Under the pieces are notes generated by a model. The model worked only from the letters and a program-made list of their open reading frames with translations. It had not been told where the DNA came from and did not search any database. A DNA stretch of 59,819 nucleotides, counting the filler, from Jimgerdemannia flammicorona (taxonomy: Eukaryota): NCBI GenBank assembly GCA_003990765.1. It is 2 parts of 2 records of this genome, joined end to end, with 100 filler letters (N's around TTAATTAATTAA, not from the genome) between each part and the next. Parts side by side here need not be neighbours in the genome. Positions count along the whole stretch, not along the records: positions 29,965 to 59,819 come from RBNJ01000467.1; 1 more part is not named here. The stretch is one strand, 5' to 3'. The position numbers and the translations under genes are program-made. Shown in pieces: positions 50,742-59,819 of the stretch; the stretch's first letter is position 1, and each line of letters starts with the position of its first letter.

Positions 50742-52254
50742 TGCAGGGTAAAAAATGAGTAGACTGGACCAACATATGAATTAAGGGCTGCTGCTTTGTT
50801 TGCTCATGATGCGGCAGGAAAGAACAAAGAAAAAGAACAAAGAAAAGAGAGGAAACAAAGGAAAGGGTGATGTCACCAAAGTGTGGCAGAAAAAAAAAAA
50901 CAAGAGCGAAATGAACAAAAGAAAGGATGATGTTACCAAAGATTTCAATCCAGATGGATTAATCCAGATGAATCAATCCAGATCAATCCAGATCAATCCA
51001 GATCAGATCATAAGACCAATCCGAGTTGATTCAAATCCATCACATGACAAATCTGAATCAAATCTCATCTGGATCAACTCCATTCGTTTGGAGTACTATA
51101 TATGGACTAGGGTCAGAAAAGACCCCACTCCCACTCCCTGAGCCTATGAGCCTCGATCATGTTGCCATGTTAGCTCTCTTATATACTTCTCTTTCATATC
51201 TGTTTACAGTAACAAATATCTCAGTAATCTCTAGATTAACTCTCTATAGATAGTTTTTCAACAGATCCAAACTAATGTCTACTATAGTTTTCTCTAGTAC
51301 TATCACTTGCTTAGATCTATCAAAAAGAAAGTCTACAACTACTCTATTACTTCTAACTATATTTTAGAATTAAAATTAATACTTTAATATATATATCTAT
51401 TCTATAGATATAAAATCAATCTTGGTAAAGTTGAATATATTTCAGAAGAGCTCTTCTACTCTTAATGTCTTGATCTCACATTCTATATATCAGATATGAC
51501 AGACTAAGATTTGTCTATTTATCTTGATATATCTTCATTAATAGAAGTATAAGAGATAGAGTATAAATAGCTAGATACTTCTTAGAGCTATATATATTTT
51601 TAGTTAAAATACCTTTATTTAGATCTTCAACTATATCTTGTAAATAAGCATTTCTAGATAAGATTGAGATATTAGAGAGAGCTATAAAATATTAGTCTTA
51701 ATTAGAATATTTATCTAGAAATATAAGATATAATAGTGGATTATAGCAACAAACTTCCTCTGTATAGTTTTTGATAACTGTTTCCACTCTATTAGCTTTA
51801 TCTGTCCTTTTCTCCTCACTTAGCTCAATAATAGACTAAATGTCTTATAAGACTTCTATATATAATATATATTACTATCTTAAAGAACCTAAGTATATAG
51901 AAGAAGTAAGATATATATATACTCATGAGGCTTAGAGAATAGTACTATCTCTATCACTAATATTAGTTCTAGTATAATGCCTTTAGTAATATTATCAATA
52001 AGTACTTTTAGCTTGTTTATTTTTTTTATAAAAAATAATCATATTGAAGTTATACTAGTTTATTTTATATAGATTAATATAGTTAGCTTTCTTAAGTCTT
52101 TATTTGATATCTTGATATAGTTGTGATCTTAGTATCATAAAGCTGAAAGAAGATATATATACTTCTTTGTTTTTTGTTTTTTGTTTTTTGTTTTTAAAAT
52201 TAGCAATAATATAATTCTGAGAATCCTTCTCAATATTGACTACAGATATATAGA

Positions 52255-52817
52255 CTATCTTTCTCTAGTATAATTCATATTATACAAATATCTTTCATTA
52301 CTTTTTATATAGTTTTTGAAGAAAAGATACTAGTAATATAATATTATACAGAAGTTCTGATAGGTATACTAGATTAGATAGATCTGAAGCCTTCAATTAG
52401 TAATATGTTAGAAGAGGTTACAATATAGAGATGGGGTTTTTTAGTAGTACAGATAGACAAGAAGAGCTAAGTAAGAGTTAGCTACTAGATGTAGATGAAG
52501 GAGAACAGAGGCTAATGAGTTTTGCTAACAAGATAAAGATAGAGATTTAGCTTAAAAGTATACAGAGCAACAAGGCTGAGAAGAAGAGAAAGATGAGTAC
52601 TGAAAGGACTAATAGGTCAATGACTAGTGGAACAGATATAGAGACTAGTGAGACTATTATAGAGAGCAGAAGTATAACTACTAATAGAGATATGATGGGA
52701 AATCTGAAAAAAAAAAAATCTAAATATAACTGTGATGAGACTGAGCAGAGAAGATATAAAGGAAAAGAAGATCTAGTAAGCAGTATAATAGGTCTGGTAG
52801 TAGCTCTATTACTCACA
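52255..52817 (+). mobile_element. 5' fragment (UTR + ORF1 start) of the same LINE family
   Basis: Aligns to 4245-4803 (GAGATGGGGTTTTT; AATCTG(G/A)AAAAAAAA...GGTAGTAGC.C.ATTACTCA). Confidence 0.75.
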
Positions 52818-55800
52818 TGACTCATATTTCTGTTCTATTCTATAGATATCTTAGCTTATATAGGAGATGACATATTCATATTCATCTTTCTTCTAAGCTA
52901 ACACTACTCTAAGTTCTATAGTACTTATATCTGTCTGCAGGATGAACTCTAGGTTTCAATCTGGTCTTCTGAGAATAGGTACTTGGGTCAACTTAGTCTT
53001 GAGTTTATTGAAGTTTTCTTGATATTCTATAGTCTATTCAAACTTGATCTCCTTCTTCAGTAGCTCATAGATAGATATTGTAATATTGGAGTATTCTTTA
53101 ATAAATCCTCTATAATAGAAGGCCAGTTTGAGGAAGACATGGACTTCTATAGTTGTTTTGGATCTTGGGTAGGCTGCAACAGTCTCAATCTTCATGAGAT
53201 TAATATGAATTTCAGTCTGATTGATGATGTGTCCTAGGTAGATGATTTCTTGAGCTACAAACTTACACTTCTTGAGCTTGATATAGAGACCATGCTCTTT
53301 GAGCTTCTTGAGAACTAGTTGTATATAGTTGATATATTCCTGTATAGTGTTGCTGAAGATGATTATATCATCAATATAGATAAAGAGCTATTTTTCAATT
53401 TCATTACTAAAGACTATATTCATCATTTACTAAAAACTTGCTGGAGTATTATATATTTCAAATGGTATTCATAGATAGATATAGGTGGTATTAGATATAA
53501 TAAAGGCTGATTTCTCACTAGCATCTTGAGTGAGATCATCTGATAGAAGTCTGAGAATAGATCCAAGATGGTGTAGTATTTGGCTTTACTTCTAAGGATA
53601 GTAAAGATTTTTTAAATATTTGGTAAAAGCTGTCTATTCTTCTTGATAATTATATTGAGCTTCCTGTAGTTGATACAGAGTCTTAAAGTAAATGCTCCAG
53701 ACTTGTTTTCTTTCTTTAGAACAAGGACAATAAGTAAAGCCCAGGGGCTGATAGCTTGCTTAATGATACTAGTTTCTTCCATTTCTTTGAGTTCTACTCA
53801 CAGCCATTCTCTATAGGTAGGTGGTATGGGTCTGGCTTTCTAGTAGATGGGCTTAGTATTACTGGTGTCAACTTTGTAGTAGTGCTTAAGTTCTTGATTA
53901 TAGATATCTCTAAAGTCTGTAACAAGTATTCCTTTATTCTGATACAGAATTTTGAGAAGTTGTTCTTCTAGGGAAAAGTTTTCTCCAATGATATATATAT
54001 GCTTATTCTAGTCCTTGTCTTTCTTATGCTTGAGTTCAATAATCTTAGTAGCAGCAATAGGCTTCTCTTTCAGTAGATTGAAGTCTTGTTTTTCTCTCTT
54101 AGTCTTGATGAGTTCAATAGTCTCAGTAATCTTAGACTTCTTAACTTCATGGATCAGCATCTGGTCAATCCTGTCATGCTTCTTGACTTCGAATGGGGTG
54201 GTGGGATTATGATTCCTGACTATAAGAAAGATCTTACCAGTGTAATCAGAGTCAATAACTCTTCCTTCAACTGAGATTTTGCTCTTAGTCAGACTACTTC
54301 TGGTCTTGATAATTCTGACATAGTTCTCTGATAACTTGACTCTAATTTCAGTACTAAGTAGAGTAGTGGTTTGTAGTTTAAAGATAATATCTTGGATGCT
54401 GGTAAGGTCTATTTCTATAGCTCCTTTAGTTTTATATTCTGAGATCTTGGCTTTAGGGTGAAACTTCTTGATCTTGAGAGTAATGTCTGATTCTTATTCC
54501 TCTTCATCATCACTATCAGCTTGAAGCTCTGGAGACTAGTCATCTTCTTCAGCTTTCTTTTTTGCTTCAGCTACTTCTTACTTATACTTTTGTTGATAGA
54601 TTTTTCTAACTTCACTGATATGAGACTAGTAGTTATTTAGGTATTTAGAGTAGTACATCTTAGCACTATGGAGATATCTTCCTTGAGAAGTATAGTCATT
54701 AATGATCTTATTATACCACTGCTCATCTGTAAGCTTGGTTGTCTTACTCTTGTTCTGTATACTGAGTATATGAAGACTTCTATATCCTCTTCATCTCCTT
54801 TCTCTATCTGATAGTACTCCTTTGTAGACATTGATAGAGACTTATATCTTTCTTTCTCTATAGTTAATCTGTATCTTCTGAGCATTGAGGTCAATGATAG
54901 CTTTGATCTTATAAAGTCATTGATTACCAATGAGGATATTATAGTTAGTGGTACTTGTAATGATCAGAGATGATAACTCCTCTGATCTTGATGGAGACTT
55001 CTCAGATCTTACCTAGAGAGGTAGCTTATGTACTATCTGCTATGATATAGACCATTTTGGTAGATTCTTCAATATCTCAGTCTAGACAGTCAATTGTCTT
55101 CTTACTCATAAGACATCCTCTAGCACTAGTGTTAATAATAGCATCAAAGATATAATCTTTGATCTTAGACTGAGGTCTTACACTGATCTTCAAATTCTTC
55201 ACCTGAGTCTTCTTATTCATCTTCTTATACATTGTGAGCTTCTATGATCTTGTACTCTTAGTTTTTGACAATAGTTATAAATCCTGCTCTCAACTGCTAT
55301 CTGAAGGTAGGGACTTCTGCTAGTTATCCAAAAGTAGCATTGATCTTCTGTTCCTTAAGATCCTTATAGATATGTATCATACTGATGGATCTTAGTCTTA
55401 TACAGCTTTTATTCTTTCTTGCTTTCACTTTTTCCTAAGACTAGAGTAGTGCCTTCAATAATTTAGTAGATAGCTTCATCTAATTCCATGTTTTGATCAA
55501 TCTTTTAAGATTAGATTCTACTTTGAATAGTGATGGTTGGGGTCTTTTTTGGTCTTCCAACTGGCTTGCTGTTGCCCTTCTTATTATAGGGCTTGGATCA
55601 GGTTCTGGTACATATCTTTAGTAATAGGGTAGAATTTGAGCTTCTCATAGTATTCTTCATTATTAGTATCACCAATCTTCTCAATAACTACTATATTGGT
55701 TTGTTCTCTAGTTCTGATAGCATTACTTGGTTGAGCTCTCTACCTTGTTTCAGTTATGTAATTCTTTATATAGTGGTTTTCTTCTTTATATTTGAAGTAT

Positions 55801-56100
55801 ATAATAGTATATTTCTCTATAATAGCTACAAATTTCTGTACTGGTCTCCTGTTGGCACTTCATACTTCTCTGACAATATCATCAGATATGTAGTTATCTT
55901 AGCAAACTACTGGGTGAGTTTCTCTACTGGGTTGGCTTTGGCTATCTTTGGGGTAAGTGGAAATAGTTATCTGTTAAGGACTATGGTAGATAGGCTCCTT
56001 TCTCTGCTACCTTACTAGTCACAAGGTTTGGTAGACAACCTTTCAAGTTCCCTTTCCTCTATTATTACCCTCTCTACCTTGTATTAGTTTGCTGTATCTA
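52818..56100 (-). mobile_element. Decayed Ty3/Gypsy gag-pol with order gag - protease - dUTPase - RT
   Basis: Protease AIINTSA (= DTGA) at ~55122-55145. dUTPase at 54070-54478. RT SPWA..IVLV.KK, RLCINYRKLN, and FIYIDDIIIFS at ~53352-53385. Confidence 0.85.
54070..54478 (-). pseudogene. dUTPase domain within the Gypsy pol
   Basis: LKIKKFHPKAKI.EYKTKGA..IDL...STEI.V.L.ENY..IIKTRSSL...ISVEGRVIDSDYTGKI..IVRNHN...PFEVKKHDRIDQMLI...TKR...DF. Confidence 0.88.
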
Positions 56101-56110
56101 TATGGATATA

Positions 56111-57174
56111 GTGGGAGGAGGACAATAATGATGAGTTGTCTCTTTATCAGTATCGGATCAGTGTCTTCTCCACTTTTTCACAGTTTCTAGTACCTTTAGC
56201 TGCATCTGGAGTATATTCGTTTTGGTGCAGCACCTTCTTCCCTTTGTCATCACCAATAAGGTACTGTCTTAGTATATCATGGGTTATATAGGGAGTCAGC
56301 CAACCTTGGGCATCAAGTGCTCAGTGTAGATTATCTGCAGATTCTTGGTACCTGTGGTGGGGCCCTCTGGCTTTGGCGAGCTTCCTGGTGAGCATAGTTC
56401 TAATATAGGTGACTGTTTTTCAGGTGTTGTTGGGATGGGAGGGGAGATGGCCATCACAGATAGGAGGATGGGCAATAACAGTAAACTAGTGGGATGCCAG
56501 GCTGGGGGTGGTCATTGGGGCTAGGGCAGACAATATTTTGGTAGGGCCTTTTGATTGGCTGGTAGGGGGTGGGGTGGTGTAGGGGCTGGCATCCTGGCTG
56601 TACCTAACTGGAACTGGGAGCTAACATGGTAACATAATTGAGGCCTGCAGACTTGGGGAGTAGGGCCTTCCTTATTTGGCAGTATCTGACTAGAACTGGG
56701 AGCTGATATGGCAATATGATCAAGGCCCACAGGCTTGGGGAGTGGGAGTGGGGTCTTTTTAGACCCTAGTCTATATGTAAGTCCTTTGAGGAAGGTGCTG
56801 TATATAAGTCCTTTACTCACCTGCTTTGAATCTACTTTGCTCTCTGTTGGTTAGTTGGGGGTTTTTTCTTTGCCTCAGACTTTCTTTTGGGGTTCAGGGG
56901 GCTATTCTTTATTCAGTCCCAATACTGCTAAATCCGACACATAGGTGTGCTCTCATGTGTAAATGATGATCTAGCTCTGGTAAGTAGACAAGTCTAGTCT
57001 ATATCATGAGGTCAACATAGCCAGTGTTTGACAGGCATAGCTAGAGTGGTGGGACTACTGGACAATTTAGTAGCCTAGGTTAATGGGGGGATATTGTTCG
57101 GTGGGTGATGGGAGAGGGTTTTGGCCTATATAGTCTAGGTTTTCTTCTAATAAAAATCTGCAGAACTATGAGTC

Positions 57175-57248
<74 letters not shown>
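56111..57248 (+). mobile_element. Poly(A) retroposon, copy 3 (least decayed), with ~70-nt A tail
   Basis: Collinear with 1108-2198 and with the reverse complement of 44359-44782 + 51099-51176. AATAAA at ~57149. Confidence 0.8.
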
Positions 57249-57250
<2 letters not shown>

Positions 57251-57952
57251 ACTATGGTAGATATGATATTGGTTGGCTTTAGTGACTCTATCTTGATACC
57301 AGTTATCCTTTCTATTAAGTGTTCAGTGGGGTGTCTAGCAGTCTAATATCTCTATATAAAGACTACTTTCTGATCAAGAGTCAGAGTAGCTGAAGTAGAC
57401 TGAATTGTTAGGGTGATTTTATAGTAAACTTCTTTTAGAAAGGTTGAATTAGCTATCTGTTTCTTGAGAGTATTATCATAGCCAACTAAGATAATCTGAT
57501 GGTAAATTCAGATATAGAATGAGTTGAGGTCTTCATTGAGTCCTTAGCAGATAGTATTGAGTTGATCTTTGAGAGCTTACTTGATTTTTTCAGTATAATA
57601 TATAATTTTGAGAAAGTTCTTCATATTAGTAAGTTTGACTATATCATTATTAGCAATGGTGACTATATTAAACTTGTCTCTGGTAAGTCCTCTGAGACTG
57701 ATAGATAGGAGGGCCAATTATACTTTAATGTTGAGAGCTTATATAGTAGCAAATTATACAAAGTCTTCAATAAAGGTCAGGATTGACTCTTTGGTAATAA
57801 ATCCATAGAATGTGGATAAATACATTTCTATTTTATCTTAAATTCTTGCAGAGAGTAACTCTTGTAGTTAGGGTAGTTGTTGTAGTAGTTGTTTGTTATT
57901 TAGCTTAAAAGTGAGAGATCCTAATAGTATCATTAGCCAATAGATATCAAGT

Positions 57953-59507
57953 TGTTACATAGTGGGTGGTAAGTTTTTCAAGTATATCAGATTCTCTTCA
58001 AGGTATATTTCTTAGACCAACTATAAGTTTTTTATAAGCAAGTTCTATTAGAGTATCTTTCCAAGATCTTATAGTTCTCAAACTTCTTATCTTTAAACTG
58101 TTCTATTGTCTCTTAGATCTACTTATATAGAATTGAGTAAAGGACTAAACCTTTTGTACTCTTGAGTAGTTGGGTACTTAAATGCTTGAGTGTTTTTAAT
58201 ACTGACTTTATTTCAAAGGAAATGAGAGAGGTATTTATACAAAATATAATTCAATAATTACTAAAATATAAAGCTAAATATAAAATCCAATAACTAAATA
58301 AGATATTTGAATATAGAAAACTTCAGATTATAAGTATAAATTTGAGTATCCATATAATTGATTATATAAGATATAGTTATATAAGGTCAGAATGTTAAAA
58401 TATTCAAGTATTCAAATAAATAGTTATACATATAAATAAATTAAAGTAGAATATTTAGAATTCTGAGAGCTTTGTCTTCATTGCTGGCATCAAGACTAGA
58501 GATCAGAAATAGGATGTCTTCAAAGAAAATAAGGTCAGTAAGCATTTCTATTTTGTTCATTTCATATATGTTGATTAGTAGGATAATATCATTACTAGTA
58601 ATATCATCATATTTAATAGCAGTAAGAAGGAGATCAGAGGCTCTCCAATCTATGATATTTTCCTCTACAAAGTAGAGGACAAAGGTGAGATCTTGAGGGA
58701 GTCTGATCTGGATACTAGAGTCTTAGAATACTGAGATTAATTCTTATAGAAATTGATCTGGATTATTCTTGAGAATAGGATTTTAGAACTCTTCTATCTC
58801 ATCACTTTTGAGAGTAATGGTAGATTGGACTTCTGTGGCCACTATGACCTCCAGTGCATCTATATAGTAGGCTGACAATTTTTTAAAGTCTGAGACTCTA
58901 ATATACTTCAAGTTGAGAATTGATCAAAATGTATGTCTGAAGACCTGATGGATCTTTTTGACTACTCTTAATTTATATATATTTATAAGAGTAGTATTTT
59001 GTATCTCTTGAGAACTAGTCTGAGGAAATTCTTAGCAGAAGAGATTTTCTATTTCATATTCCTACTACATCTAGAGATATTCAGTAGCAGTAGTAATTCT
59101 TGTCTCTATTTCATAACAGTAGAGGGTAAAGTGGTAGAGTCATCAGTACCCAAGTTGAGGCTAGGAATTCTTCTAGTATAGATCCTTATGACTCTCCTAA
59201 TATCTTGGAATATTCTTTCTTAGACTGAGAAGTCTTGGTAATTTCTAGACCTTGTAGTTTGGTAAGTAGCAGGCATTTTGTTTATAGTGAGTCTTATTGA
59301 AGTTGCTGTTACTATAGTTTTCTGGTTCTTCTTTTATATTCCTTGAGATATCTATCTTATAGTTATTATGACTTATAGTTAGTCATTATTACTCATCTTA
59401 TAGTCTGGATGAGTCATACTATATGATCTTCTTATTCTCTAATCTGGTGACTTGTAAGGAAAGGCTGTCTCCTGTGATGATGTCACCATTCTGAGATCAC
59501 TATTATA
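57953..59507 (-). mobile_element. LTR of the same family as 20705-22330; possibly a 5' LTR with a decayed PBS and gag remnant at 57250-57950
   Basis: Collinear over ~1.55 kb with a TGTTAC terminus. No TSD. The adjacent minus-strand TGATATC may be a decayed TGGTATC PBS. Confidence 0.7.
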
Positions 59508-59680
59508 CTATCTATAATCTGAGAATTTTAAACTATATCCTTAATATCAATTTTTTTTTTTTTTTTTTTTTTTATGATGAGAAATACTGAGGATCTAGAA
59601 TTCATAACTTGGGTCAATTTGCTGAAAATATTAAAAATTTATGTTATATAGAACCTTATAAAAAAAATACACTTCTAATT

Positions 59681-59762
59681 GTCGCTTTGGTGGAGTGGTT
59701 AACGCGGTGTCCTGCTTATGGCATTGTCCAGTTGGACACATGTTCGAATCGTGTAGGCAGCA
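59681..59762 (+). tRNA. tRNA-Ser(GCT)-like gene, atypical and possibly a pseudogene
   Basis: A box TGGTGGAGTGG; B box GTTCGAATC; D stem GTG/CGC; long variable arm GTCC-AGTT-GGAC; T stem ACATG/CGTGT; acceptor GTCGCTT/AGGCAGC with one mismatch; downstream T-run; upstream TATAAA. Confidence 0.65.
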
Positions 59763-59819
59763 TTTTTTTGTGTAATTTTTTATAGCATAGAACGAGATAG
59801 AATTGATATTTGTCAACAG

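Larger units (their letters stand above)
44783..51098 (+). mobile_element. 6.3-kb hAT DNA transposon with TIRs, 8-bp TSD, transposase and a cargo gene
   Basis: Left TIR TAGTGCTCCGAA; right end TTTGGAGTACTA. TSD TATATGGG (44775-44782) / TATATGGA (51099-51106). CCGAATCA subterminal arrays at both ends. The empty site is visible in the retroposon copy at ~56765-56785. Confidence 0.92.
44359..51176 (-). mobile_element. Poly(A) retroposon, copy 2 (5'-truncated; pieces 44359-44782 and 51099-51176), inserted in Fanzor and interrupted by the hAT
   Basis: Reverse complement of ~56700-57190. Poly(T) at 44359-44372. TSD TCTTATATACTTCTC at 44344-44358 and 51177-51191. Confidence 0.88.
43570..52150 (-). 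pseudogene. Decayed Fanzor1 (eukaryotic TnpB RuvC nuclease), split into 43570-44358 and ~51192-52150 by nested insertions
   Basis: RuvC-I L*RVNLEITEIFVTVN (= WGVDPG...FV.VD after transitions) at ~51205-51250, in frame across the rejoined TSD with RTSIRKFYH. FY...RKL.F.YY...QK...EL......KKY at ~44050-44160. RuvC-II/ZnF INVSEF*SFKVYSKC at ~43775-43830. RuvC-III LKCKEYTTVYNKDINATKNI...PDIF at ~43610-43725. The 5' limit is uncertain. Confidence 0.8.

Noticed and set aside
52383..52396. CTGAAGCCTTCA as the second TIR of the Fanzor element
   Set aside because: It aligns with LINE ORF1 sequence at ~4370-4385, so it is LINE-derived.
59681..59762. Selenocysteine or stop-suppressor tRNA
   Set aside because: No TCA anticodon and no extended acceptor stem. 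The TTA triplet is not positioned after U33; GCT is.

Overview
Eukaryotic, almost certainly fungal DNA. Gene style and TE content resemble an early-diverging Mucoromycota genome; this is inference, not a database result. The window has two halves joined by an artificial 100-bp N/TTAATTAATTAA linker (29865-29964). Bases 1-29864 are a graveyard of CpG-depleted, transition-mutated TEs: two L1/Tx1-like LINEs, Ty3/Gypsy fragments (one with a dUTPase), a structurally complete Ngaro-type tyrosine-recombinase retroelement with split direct repeats, a solo LTR and a palindromic hAT-like MITE. One intronless membrane-protein gene sits in a CpG-normal island. Bases ~30000-43480 are a gene island: an S9 peptidase pseudogene, an arabinokinase-N-like glycosyltransferase-fold gene, a secreted 3D-domain protein, NDK, a broken peroxiredoxin Q and a coiled-coil gene with duplicated exons. 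Bases 43481-59544 are a nested TE stack. A decayed Fanzor (eukaryotic TnpB) gene is split by a poly(A) retroposon with a 15-bp TSD. That retroposon is in turn split by a 6.3-kb hAT transposon (TIRs, 8-bp TSD) carrying a convergent TET/JBP-like 2OG-Fe(II) dioxygenase gene, the best candidate for an undescribed system here. A dUTPase-bearing Gypsy element and an atypical tRNA-Ser(GCT)-like gene close the window. All protein family calls come from motif recognition by eye.
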